Assembly (NCBI GenBank): GCA_007375595.1
Contig: VMEP01000001.1
Coordinates: 623,089 to 680,130 of the forward strand
Length of the DNA: 57,042 nt
Reading direction: 5' to 3'
Origin: Parcubacteria group bacterium LiPW_30
GTDB lineage: Bacteria > Patescibacteriota > Minisyncoccia > Phycocordibacterales > VMEP01
Of the stretch, positions 35,284 to 44,511 are shown piece after piece. Positions within the stretch are counted from its first letter, which is position 1; each line of letters begins with the position of its first letter. The notes under the pieces were generated by a model. That model saw nothing but the letters and a program-made list of their open reading frames with translations. It searched no databases and had not been told where the DNA came from. Position numbers and translations under genes: made by a program.

Positions 35284-36687
35284 TTAAACCCCCTTCAAGA
35301 AATCAATATTAGCTTGAATATCTTCAGCTTTCTGTAAAACCTGTGTTCCATAAAAGGAGTTGGCTGGTTTTTGATTATCACATTTTCTACCAGAGTAATA
35401 TCTACAAGCCGCGTTTCTTTCAGCGCTATAACTACCACTCACCGCCCCAAGGTCTGATAAATATATCGCTGTTGCGGTAAACGAGTGTTCTGGGTTCCAT
35501 GGATTTGCTTCGTTCTGAGAAACACCAACAGCGCTTGCTATGCGCTTTTTAAAAATTTCCCATGTTGAAGGGATGAATTGTGAAGGGCCCATTCCCCCAC
35601 CATAACCGCGCGATGACGACCAAATAGCTTTAGGTGGACATGATACTGGTGTAATTTTCCAATCCAACCCTAATCTATTTGTAATATCTTTAAACGGTTC
35701 CGTGTCTCTTGGAGACTTCATTATCTTCTCAAAAAATGTCCCCGTGTTTTTACCAACACCATCTCCTGTATCAATACTCGACAAAATACATGAGCCCTGG
35801 TTTTTACCAAGATCAGATTCTTGGGTAAGGATTGCCAAAATAAGTACTGGGCGAATACCTGTCTTATCGCCCGCAAAGTTAGCATATTCAAGCGCCTTTG
35901 CGAAAGGAATTCCTTCGGTGTCACGAAGCTTAAAAAGAGCTGCCCTAATTTGTGCGGCCCTTTTTTGTCTTTCGCTCAACACCGCTTGATATCCACTAGC
36001 TTCGGTTTTTGTAACAGCTAAAAGTTTTTTCTTCTCAGATTCTGTTTGAGCAATTGTTTTTTTCTTCACTTCTACAACATACTTCGCATCAGCTTCTTCG
36101 TTTTTTTGTTTGTCTAACTTTTGACGCTCTTCTTCTGTAATAGCCTTAACTTCTCGCACAACCGTAAAATGTTCCTTCATTTGGCTTTTTATTGAATCGT
36201 ATGAATCAATATCCTGGAAAAATTCTGAAACACTTTCTTCGGCAAAAAACACCTCCGCTAAAGTTTTTGAATCTATTTCATTTGTTTTTCTTATAATCTG
36301 AGCAAGTGATCGACGTCCATCATCAAGCTTCACCTCCAGGGTTTTAATTTTTTTACTCTTATCGGCGATTTGAGCCCCGAGTTTTGAAATTGCTAAATTT
36401 TTTTGCCTTATCATTAATTCCGCTTCTTTTATTTTTGCGGTAAGGATAGTTATATCTCCTTGAATGGTATTTGCTTTTTGGCGGGTTTCATCCAAAACCC
36501 TCTGCCAAGTATCAATCTCTTTTTGAAGAGCGTTGTATTCTGCTTGAAGTTTTGCCTCTTGTTGTGCCACCTGCTCTGCCGATTGAGCCTCAACGTTTAA
36601 TGATGACGGCGCCAAAAGGCCACCGAGTAAAAATATCGATAAAAATAATTTGAAAAAGAAAAAATTAAATCTCATACAAAAAAGCAA
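35284..36687 (-). CDS. secreted coiled-coil protein with a C-terminal lytic transglycosylase (MltB/SLT_2-like)
   Basis: Signal peptide, long coiled coil, catalytic QES and GGMGPSQFIPSTW. Confidence 0.85.
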   Translation of the reverse strand: MLFCMRFNFFFFKLFLSIFLLGGLLAPSSLNVEAQSAEQVAQQEAKLQAEYNALQKEIDTWQRVLDETRQKANTIQGDITILTAKIKEAELMIRQKNLAISKLGAQIADKSKKIKTLEVKLDDGRRSLAQIIRKTNEIDSKTLAEVFFAEESVSEFFQDIDSYDSIKSQMKEHFTVVREVKAITEEERQKLDKQKNEEADAKYVVEVKKKTIAQTESEKKKLLAVTKTEASGYQAVLSERQKRAAQIRAALFKLRDTEGIPFAKALEYANFAGDKTGIRPVLILAILTQESDLGKNQGSCILSSIDTGDGVGKNTGTFFEKIMKSPRDTEPFKDITNRLGLDWKITPVSCPPKAIWSSSRGYGGGMGPSQFIPSTWEIFKKRIASAVGVSQNEANPWNPEHSFTATAIYLSDLGAVSGSYSAERNAACRYYSGRKCDNQKPANSFYGTQVLQKAEDIQANIDFLKGV

Positions 36688-36752
36688 AAATCCGAGAAAC
36701 TCTTTGTCCTCCTGTCTTTATATTCTATCCCAACCAGCCCATTGAAGCCACA

Positions 36753-36848
36753 GCCCTAAAATATTTTGTATGACAAAATGTTCGGGCTAGCCCGGGTGTT
36801 TGTACCCAGACGCCCTAGGGCGTACAATTTGAGAAAATTGTATTAGCC
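36753..36848. repeat. modular palindromic repeat, family F/G, copy G (inverted)
   Basis: Reverse complement carries the 31-bp unit identical to 31781-31811 and a near-identical tcata-loop hairpin unit. Confidence 0.85.
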
Positions 36849-36900
36849 TTAAATTAAAAAAGAAGGTTTTTGGCCTTCTTTTTTAACAAAACTATTCAAG

Positions 36901-37563
36901 TTACTTTTCTTCCTCGGAAGCTTCTCCCTCTTCTTTCTTACCCTTCTTTTCAACTTCAATTGATGATAGGTCGATAGATGCAACTGGAGCCTCCTCCTCT
37001 TTTGTTGCCTCCGAAATAAGGGCAACGATTTCCTCCCCCTTAGTTATAGCTGTAACACCTTTTGGCATAACGATATCACTAACTACAATATGACTATCAA
37101 TAGTTGCAAGCGAGGAAACGTCAATCGAAATATTGTGTGGCAAATCCTGTGGAAGAGCCTCAACTTCAATCTCGTGCAAAACCTTAACCAAAACACCACC
37201 AAAATCTTTAACCGCAGGAGAAACACCGATAAATTCAAGAGGAACTCCAACTTGAGTCTTTTTATCTTTTTCAACTACGTAAAAATCAACATGAACTGGT
37301 TCGTGACGAATTGGGTCATACTGAACCTCGTGCACCAAGACGTCTGTATTACTATTTAAACCTTTTAGGCGAACGATAGATGACTCCCCTGCGTCTTTCA
37401 GGACTTTCTTAAATTGAATCGTGTCTACAAAAAACGAAGTTGCCTTTGCTTTTGGTCCGTAGAAAACAGCAGGAATACGCCCGCTTTTTCTTACTTTTGC
37501 GAGATCCGCCTTAACATCTCTTTCTTCTATTGCTAGTTCAAACATGGCGGACATTATACACAA
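36901..37563 (-). CDS. rplY: 50S ribosomal protein L25/CTC
   Basis: GRIPAVFYG, HEVQYDP...HVDF, EALPQDLP, acidic tail. Confidence 0.95.
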   Translation of the reverse strand: MCIMSAMFELAIEERDVKADLAKVRKSGRIPAVFYGPKAKATSFFVDTIQFKKVLKDAGESSIVRLKGLNSNTDVLVHEVQYDPIRHEPVHVDFYVVEKDKKTQVGVPLEFIGVSPAVKDFGGVLVKVLHEIEVEALPQDLPHNISIDVSSLATIDSHIVVSDIVMPKGVTAITKGEEIVALISEATKEEEAPVASIDLSSIEVEKKGKKEEGEASEEEK

Positions 37564-37613
37564 CCAAATAAAATTGTGAAGCCTTTAAATAATAGATATT
37601 TTTTAGGTGAAAA

Positions 37614-38480
37614 TTAAACACTACTAAACATCGTTATGTAATTTTTTACGAAATTTTTCAGATCCTCAACAACGGATGCATCATATTTATACGGAGCAAC
37701 CTCATTTTTCTCTATACTTTCATCTATCGCCTCTTTTGTTGATTTCTGATAAAGAACCCTCATTTCCGTACTAATGTGGATAATTCTTATTCCAGCACGA
37801 ATAGCTTCTTTAAAATCTTCCGGGGATATTCCAGAACCACCGTGCAAAACAAGTGGTGTCTTAATAGCATTTTTTAGGTCTCTAATCGCTTCTATGTTTA
37901 GCGCTGGATTTCCAATACCTTTAATAAACCCGTGAATGTTTCCGACTGACGGCGCGAATAAATCTATTCCAGTAGCATTTATAAAATTTTCCGCTTCTTC
38001 TTTTTTTGTAAAGTTCTTCAAATCAATTCCTTCGGGAATAGCATCTATCACCTGTGACGAAGTTCCGATATAACCAACCTCTGCTTCAACGAGAACGTCT
38101 TTACCACTCGCACGAGCATAATCAACACATCTTTTTGTAATTTCAATATTCTCTAAAAGAGGCAACTTTGCCCCATCAAAAATAACCGCATCAAACGAAG
38201 CGTCAATCGCTTCTTTAGTACGTTCAAACGAATACGAATGGTCTGCATTCAAAAAAATCGGAAAATCATATTCTTCTCGCAAGCTACGAACTAAAGCAAC
38301 AGCCTGCTCGACTCCAATATAATCTCTCTCCCCCTCAGAAACACCGACAATAACGGGCATATTCAATTCTTTTGCCGCTTCAAAAACACCTTTTAACATC
38401 TCTAAGTTTGAAATATTAAAATGACCAATTGCAATACCCTTGTCGTCCGCTTCTTTAATAACCTCGCGTAGTGATTTCAT
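37614..38480 (-). CDS. fba: class II fructose-bisphosphate aldolase
   Basis: NADHS, DGAK, EAEVG, SVGNIHG, VLHGGSG. Confidence 0.9.
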   Translation of the reverse strand: MKSLREVIKEADDKGIAIGHFNISNLEMLKGVFEAAKELNMPVIVGVSEGERDYIGVEQAVALVRSLREEYDFPIFLNADHSYSFERTKEAIDASFDAVIFDGAKLPLLENIEITKRCVDYARASGKDVLVEAEVGYIGTSSQVIDAIPEGIDLKNFTKKEEAENFINATGIDLFAPSVGNIHGFIKGIGNPALNIEAIRDLKNAIKTPLVLHGGSGISPEDFKEAIRAGIRIIHISTEMRVLYQKSTKEAIDESIEKNEVAPYKYDASVVEDLKNFVKNYITMFSSV

Positions 38481-38598
38481 TTGAAAATTATTATAACACG
38501 TGGTTTTCCCGAAACCATATTACTTGTATTTGTATTCCAATATCCCAAAATACTCTCGAAAAACACGGGACTGTTGATTTTCCTTCTCTTCTATCTCC

Positions 38599-38688
38599 GC
38601 TTTTATTTTTAAAAACATTACGGAGCGTGGCGACGCGAGTATAGCAATCCGCCAGCAGGCGGATATGCGCGTTTTTAAAAACAAAAGC
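38599..38688. repeat. TGCT-loop structured repeat, copy C (inverted)
   Basis: 17/18 inverted arms; the minus-strand core atccgcc-tgct-ggcggat-tgctatactcgcgtcgccacgctccgtaat matches copy B with compensatory changes. Confidence 0.85.
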
Positions 38689-38743
38689 TAAAAGAAAAAT
38701 TCCCCACTTTCAATACATTCTGGAAAAATGTTAAAATAGATAC

Positions 38744-39733
38744 ATGGCCTTCGACATCATCGCAATTGGAGATACAGTCATAGACGATTTTATTCGTCTT
38801 AGTGATTCGTCTCACGGCAAAGTAGATGAAGAAAAAAACCTCCTTTGTATTCCGTTCCGAAACAAAGTCCCATTTGAGTTTTCAAAATTAGTTTCAGCTG
38901 TTGGTAACAGCCCAAACGCAGCAGTCTCTGGGGCAAGGCTTGGATTAAAAACCGCCATCATCACAAACGTTGGACATGATTCAAACGGAAAACTTTGTAT
39001 AGATACTTTTAGAAAAGAGTTAGTCTCTACTAATTTTGTTCGTCAACATGATGGCAAAAAAACCAATTATCACTACGTTTTGTGGCTCGAAAACGACAGA
39101 ACGATTTTAATAAAACATGAAGAATTCCCTTATGAATTACCACTTTTTGAACCACCAAAGTGGCTTTATCTAAGCTCCCTTGGTGAACATTCTCTTTCTT
39201 TTCATAAAAAAATTGCTGATTATTGCACTGAAAATCCGCGTGTTAAATTAGCCTTCCAGCCGGGCACCTATCAAATGAAATTTGGGCACGAATCATTGCG
39301 TCACATATACGAACGTTCTGATTTTTTTATTTGTAATATCGAAGAAGCACAATTAATTTTAAACACCAGCGAAAACGATAAAAAGAAATTACTCTCTGCA
39401 ATGCGAGAGCTTGGACCAAAGATTGTTGTCTTAACGGATGGACCACTCGGGGCATACCTTTCGTACGCAGATGAAAATTGGTTCATTCCATTGTACCCAG
39501 ACCACAGAGAAGCATATGAACGCACTGGCGCAGGGGACGCTTTTGCTTCAACTTTCGTGTCCGCACTCGCTTTAGGGAAAAGTCCACTTGAAGCATTCAC
39601 TTGGGCGCCAGTAAACTCAATGTCTGTTGTCCAAAAAATCGGAGCACAAGAGGGATTGCTCTCGCGCGCAAAGCTAGAAGAATTACTAAAAAAAGCCGTT
39701 GCCGAAGAAGAATGGCGCCCACAAAAAATATAA
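38744..39733 (+). CDS. PfkB-family carbohydrate kinase
   Basis: GNSPNAAVSGARLG and RTGAGDAF signature. Confidence 0.92.
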   Translation: MAFDIIAIGDTVIDDFIRLSDSSHGKVDEEKNLLCIPFRNKVPFEFSKLVSAVGNSPNAAVSGARLGLKTAIITNVGHDSNGKLCIDTFRKELVSTNFVRQHDGKKTNYHYVLWLENDRTILIKHEEFPYELPLFEPPKWLYLSSLGEHSLSFHKKIADYCTENPRVKLAFQPGTYQMKFGHESLRHIYERSDFFICNIEEAQLILNTSENDKKKLLSAMRELGPKIVVLTDGPLGAYLSYADENWFIPLYPDHREAYERTGAGDAFASTFVSALALGKSPLEAFTWAPVNSMSVVQKIGAQEGLLSRAKLEELLKKAVAEEEWRPQKI

Positions 39734-39740
39734 TATTTAA

Positions 39741-40754
39741 CTACGACTTTAACCTGCGGGCCAAAGACAAGACGTCTCCGACGGCTTTTTTAATCGAAGA
39801 AACTCCCATTTCATAATGTTCTATAAGTTCTTCTGGTTTTCCAGATTGTCCAAATAAATCCTTAACGCCAACAAATTTTATTGGGGTTGGAAATTCTGCA
39901 GATAAAAGCTCGGAAACTGTACTACCCATTCCACCAGCAATCTGATGCTCTTCTACCGTTACAATTGCGCGATACTTTCGGGCAAATGAGAGAACAGCTT
40001 CTTTATCAAGTGGTTTTATTGTCGCAAGATTCATAACCCCAACTGAAATTCCTTCGGACTCAAGTTCACGCGCAGAAACGAGAGCCTTGTGAACAAGACC
40101 TCCACAAGCAATAATCCCAACTTTCTTATCATAAGAATTTTCGGTTTCGTAAAAAATCTGAGCTTTGCCAATTTCAAATGGTGTATCTTCTCCTGTAACT
40201 ATTGGAGTTTTTTCGCGAGCAAGACGGATATAAACAGGGCCTTTAAATTTTGCCGAAGCAATTGTCGCTTTTTTCGCTTCAATAGAATCACACGGCACAA
40301 TCACCGTCATTCTTGGAATAACACGGGTTAGAGCAATATCTTCAACTGCTTGATGTGTTCCACCGTCAGGCCCCACGGAAACTCCAGCATGAGAACCAAC
40401 TATCTTTGCGTTAACGTTGTTGTAACAAATTGTTGTGCGAATTTGCTCCCAATTTCTTCCAGGAGAAAACATTGCGTATGATGTGAAAAATGGAATCTTC
40501 CCCATCACGGCCATCCCCGAAGCGACCGCCGCCAAATTTTGTTCAGCAACTCCCATTTCTATAAATCGAGATGGAAATCTTTCTTTAAAAAGGTGCATCT
40601 GGGTTGATTCTGTAAGATCAGCACACAAACCAACAACCCTATCATCCTGTGTTCCAGCGATGAGTAAACCTTCCCCAAAACCCTTACGAATAGGAGCTTG
40701 TTCAACGTCTTTGTCGAAAAGTTTTTGATTTAATTTTAAGTTTTTATTAATCAT
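39741..40754 (-). CDS. transketolase, C-terminal (pyrimidine-binding) subunit
   Basis: EMGVAEQN, GPDGGTHQ, EEHQIAGG. Confidence 0.93.
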   Translation of the reverse strand: MINKNLKLNQKLFDKDVEQAPIRKGFGEGLLIAGTQDDRVVGLCADLTESTQMHLFKERFPSRFIEMGVAEQNLAAVASGMAVMGKIPFFTSYAMFSPGRNWEQIRTTICYNNVNAKIVGSHAGVSVGPDGGTHQAVEDIALTRVIPRMTVIVPCDSIEAKKATIASAKFKGPVYIRLAREKTPIVTGEDTPFEIGKAQIFYETENSYDKKVGIIACGGLVHKALVSARELESEGISVGVMNLATIKPLDKEAVLSFARKYRAIVTVEEHQIAGGMGSTVSELLSAEFPTPIKFVGVKDLFGQSGKPEELIEHYEMGVSSIKKAVGDVLSLARRLKS

Positions 40755-41634
40755 GTTCGCTTTCTATTTTCCCGTGCAAGGTTCGAAGCTCTTTCAGCGC
40801 CTTCAACCCCTGCTCTTTATTAGGTGGTACCCCGTGCCAACGAAAGTCTCTCTCAAAATCAAAAACTCCTTTGCCTGGAATTGTGTGCGCGATAATAACC
40901 GACGGTTTTTCAAAAATAGCACGAGCTTGTTCTACCGCTTCAATAATCCCTTGAAAACTATGCCCATCAATTTCTTGCACATGCCAACCAAATGATTCCC
41001 ATTTTTCGTGTAGTGGCTCAAGGGGCATTATGTCCTCGGTAAATCCGTCTATTTGTATGTTATTTCTGTCGATAATTGCTATGATATTTCGTAGCTTTTC
41101 TTTACCGGCAAGCATTATTGCTTCCCAGTTTTCACCAGCATCTAACTCTCCATCACTCAAAAAACAATAAAAGAAATGTGGGGTAGAACGGCCGTGGTCA
41201 ATTCTATCTGCAAGCGCCATTCCAACTGTTTGCGAAAGACCAGAACCCAAAGGACCCGATGATGTTTCTACAAACGGAAGCCATTCGCGGTGAGGATGAC
41301 CCTGTAGTCTTGAGCCAAATTTACGTAATGTTTTTAATTCTTCTACAGGAAAGTAACCAGCGTGTGCGAGGGTCGCATAAAGTATCGGGCAAATATGGCC
41401 GTTGGAAAGTATTAACCTGTCGCGCTCATCCCAATCTGGTCTTTTGGGGTCATGGCGTAAAAAACGAAAGTAAGCAGCTGTAAAAATATCAGCCATACCT
41501 AAAGGTCCGGCTGTGTGACCAGAACCAGCTTCCATGAGCATATCAATAATAGACTGACGAATTTCGTTCGCCTTAAGTTCTAAAAAATTTATTTCTTTGT
41601 CAGATAGCATTGTTTGCTGTGTTATAAAGATCAC
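40747..41634 (-). CDS. transketolase, N-terminal (TPP-binding) subunit
   Basis: GSGHTAG, LSNGH, GPLGSGLS, SDGELDAG, WHG. Confidence 0.93.
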   Translation of the reverse strand: MIFITQQTMLSDKEINFLELKANEIRQSIIDMLMEAGSGHTAGPLGMADIFTAAYFRFLRHDPKRPDWDERDRLILSNGHICPILYATLAHAGYFPVEELKTLRKFGSRLQGHPHREWLPFVETSSGPLGSGLSQTVGMALADRIDHGRSTPHFFYCFLSDGELDAGENWEAIMLAGKEKLRNIIAIIDRNNIQIDGFTEDIMPLEPLHEKWESFGWHVQEIDGHSFQGIIEAVEQARAIFEKPSVIIAHTIPGKGVFDFERDFRWHGVPPNKEQGLKALKELRTLHGKIESEHD

Positions 41635-42292
41635 CTATCGCACCGTGAGTATTTTCATTTTTGAATATTGCCGAACCTGCGACCAAACGATCCACTCCTG
41701 CTTTTACAAGTTCTGAAATATTCTCCATTCCTACTCCACCGTCAATACTTATTATAACATCAGGAAATTTTTTTCTGAATGAGGATATCTTTTCAACTAC
41801 CCTTTTATCGAATGGTTCACCTTGAAGCCCAATTGTTGCAATACCCATAAACTGTACAAAATCTATATCTGGAATAAATTCTTCAAGTGTTTCGTTTGGT
41901 GTATCGATGTTTATAGCCAATCCAACCTCTAAATCTTTTTCTCTAGCAAGTTTTATCGCTTCTCCTATTTTCTCTGTGCTTTCAATATGAAAAATAATTC
42001 TTGAAGCGCCAAGCGTTACAAAACGATCAATTTCTTTCTCCGGATTTTTAATCATCAAATCAAACTCATAATCAATATCTTCCCAGTGTGGCAACCCTTC
42101 AAACTCAAATTCAAATGCCTTTGCGTCAAAAGAAATATATGGCCATGTTTTGCCACGCACAAAAACCCCATCCATCACATCTATTTGCACCAAGGGGGCA
42201 GAACCAACAACTCGTGAAATGTGTTCTTCTAAATCATTTAAACTACGTGGCATTACTGCCGGAATAATTTCTATATTAGATTGATTAGACAT
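41600..42292 (-). CDS. rpe: ribulose-phosphate 3-epimerase
   Basis: QIDVMDGVFV, DLMI, FMG, IDGG, VAGSAIF. Confidence 0.92.
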   Translation of the reverse strand: MSNQSNIEIIPAVMPRSLNDLEEHISRVVGSAPLVQIDVMDGVFVRGKTWPYISFDAKAFEFEFEGLPHWEDIDYEFDLMIKNPEKEIDRFVTLGASRIIFHIESTEKIGEAIKLAREKDLEVGLAINIDTPNETLEEFIPDIDFVQFMGIATIGLQGEPFDKRVVEKISSFRKKFPDVIISIDGGVGMENISELVKAGVDRLVAGSAIFKNENTHGAIGDLYNTANNAI

Positions 42293-42308
42293 AATTTACT
42301 AATACCTA

Positions 42309-42761
42309 CTAGTCTACTAATTTATCTATCTTCGCAATCCTCCTACTATGTCTTTCTTCTTTTGAAAATTCGGTCTCAAGCCACATTTTAACAGCCTGTT
42401 TTGCTTCCTCTTCGCCAACAAAACGCGCTCCAATTGAAAGGACGTTTGCATCATTATGTTCACGAGAAAGACGCACGATTGTCCCCGCTCCGCCATAATA
42501 AACAACAGCGCGTACTCCTTTAAAACGATTAGCAACAATCGCCTCACCTTGGCCAGAACCACCGATAACTATTCCCATAACTTCCCCACCCCCGTCTGCA
42601 ACTTCCTTAGCAACTTCTGAAACGTGGTCTGGATAATCATCTTCGGGATCAAAAGAAAAAGGTCCTTCATCTGTCACCTCATATCCAAGGTCAATCAAAA
42701 ACTGAAAAAGTTTTTCTTTTAAGTCGTATCCTGCGTGATCACTTCCAAGATAAATTTTCAT
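42309..42761 (-). CDS. rpiB: ribose-5-phosphate isomerase B
   Basis: GSDHAG, DYP, GGSGQG, REHNDANVL, RHSRRI. Confidence 0.93.
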   Translation of the reverse strand: MKIYLGSDHAGYDLKEKLFQFLIDLGYEVTDEGPFSFDPEDDYPDHVSEVAKEVADGGGEVMGIVIGGSGQGEAIVANRFKGVRAVVYYGGAGTIVRLSREHNDANVLSIGARFVGEEEAKQAVKMWLETEFSKEERHSRRIAKIDKLVD

Positions 42762-42764
42762 GGT

Positions 42765-43814
42765 TTATATAAAAGAAGCCGCTTTAACTACGTGCTCAAT
42801 AAGTGTTTTCGAGTATCCCATTTCATTATCATACCAAACAAGAACCTTTACCAAATTTCCACCAACAACCTTTGTAAACGACAAGTCAGCAATTGCCGCA
42901 CGAGTATCTCCGATAATATCAGAGGAAACCAATGGTTCTTCTGTTACAGCAAAAATTCCCTTCCATCGCAATTCTTGCGTCGCTTTTTTTAACACCTCAT
43001 TAACCTCTTCAACAGTTGTATCTCTCTTTGAAATGAAGGTGATATCCGCAATAGAACCAGACACTACCGGAACGCGGATAGCGACTCCATCAAACTTTCC
43101 ATTCAAACTCTTAATTGTTTTTGTCACAGCAACGGCCGCGCCTGTTGTTGAAGGAATAATATTTTGTGCGCCAGCACGACCTCGACGAAAATCTTTTATA
43201 TCAGGAGAATCAACAAGGCGCTGAGTTGCTGTATAAGCATGAACTGTGTTTAAAATAGCTTTTTCAATTCCAATAGCATCGTCCAAAATCTGAATTACCG
43301 GACCGCTAGCGTTTGTAGTGCAAGAAGCGTTGGAGCTAACCTTGCATGTAGAAAGCTCAACTTCGTTTACACCCATAAGCACTGTTGCTCCGTTTGGTCC
43401 ATTCTCTTCACCGTCTTTTGCTGGAGCCGAAATAACAACACGCTTTGCCCCAGCATCAATATGAGCTCTTGCCTTATCAAAACCTTCAAACACACCAGTT
43501 GCTTCAACGGCAACATCTATATCAAGATTTCTCCATGGAAGTTTCGCTGGGTCACGCTCTGCTATAAGAAGAATTTCTTTTGCGCCAATTTTTAAATATT
43601 TTTCACCACCTTTATCTAAAATCTCAATCGGAGTACGCCCGCGTCCATAAACAGTGTCGTATCGGAGAAGATAAGCTAAATTTTCTGCGTCACCTAAGTC
43701 GTTTATCGCAACAATGATCATACGCGAATCATTAAGCGCCAATTTCAAAAAAGCTCGTCCAATTCTTCCAAAACCATTTATCGCCACACGTACATTTTTA
43801 TCCATATTATTCAA
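42765..43814 (-). CDS. gap: glyceraldehyde-3-phosphate dehydrogenase
   Basis: NGFGRIGR, SNASCTTN, WYDNE. Confidence 0.97.
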   Translation of the reverse strand: MNNMDKNVRVAINGFGRIGRAFLKLALNDSRMIIVAINDLGDAENLAYLLRYDTVYGRGRTPIEILDKGGEKYLKIGAKEILLIAERDPAKLPWRNLDIDVAVEATGVFEGFDKARAHIDAGAKRVVISAPAKDGEENGPNGATVLMGVNEVELSTCKVSSNASCTTNASGPVIQILDDAIGIEKAILNTVHAYTATQRLVDSPDIKDFRRGRAGAQNIIPSTTGAAVAVTKTIKSLNGKFDGVAIRVPVVSGSIADITFISKRDTTVEEVNEVLKKATQELRWKGIFAVTEEPLVSSDIIGDTRAAIADLSFTKVVGGNLVKVLVWYDNEMGYSKTLIEHVVKAASFI

Positions 43815-43911
43815 AGATTAATTTCTCCAATTGTACCAAAACACCGAACGAAAAAATAGGCCAAAAACATTATCGCTATTTTGTTGTTTCACTGCCAAGT
43901 GATAAATAATC

Positions 43912-44511
43912 TTAACGGCCTAAATTATACAGTTGTTTAATTTCTGTCGCTGAAAGAGCGCGGTTGTAAACACGAACATCATCAATCAGTCCTTCAAAAC
44001 TAGCAGTGCCAGCTCCAGCTGATCTATAACCTATAATTGCGTTATTGGTAAGACCCGTTTTACTTCCGGACAACGCCTGTGATTTATCGAGAAGGCCGTT
44101 TATGTAAAGAATTATATTTAAAGAGTCCACCACTTGGCATCCGTGTTGCCACGTGTTGTTATTAACTGTAGCATTACTGTCTATCGTGTTGCTGTTGCCA
44201 CTATACCAAATATGCCCCCGAAGTTTTCCCAGATATGACATTAGTAGGTAATGCCCGTTTGTCCCAACCCCATTAGAAATAATGTCTGCTTCCGTATCTG
44301 TTGTCTTAAACCACGAACAAAGAGTAAAATTCCCCGCACCTAAATTTAGTGTCGAAGGCGACCCAAGATTAATATAACTACTGGTCCCGTTGAAACTAAG
44401 GGCCTGTCCAATTTTACCTATAACGGGAGAGCTTGTTGTGCTCATTCCAACAAGAGTCCCATCATTTCCCTGCCCACTTCTATCAAGCGATTTATTTGTC
44501 GCCCAATTCAT
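43912..44511 (-). CDS. LamG-like jellyroll domain; probably the C-terminal part of the 44508-46004 gene
   Basis: IDDVRVYNRALS; begins mid-domain (the GLVGYW start is missing) at the edge of a 100-bp duplication. Confidence 0.75.
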   Translation of the reverse strand: MNWATNKSLDRSGQGNDGTLVGMSTTSSPVIGKIGQALSFNGTSSYINLGSPSTLNLGAGNFTLCSWFKTTDTEADIISNGVGTNGHYLLMSYLGKLRGHIWYSGNSNTIDSNATVNNNTWQHGCQVVDSLNIILYINGLLDKSQALSGSKTGLTNNAIIGYRSAGAGTASFEGLIDDVRVYNRALSATEIKQLYNLGR

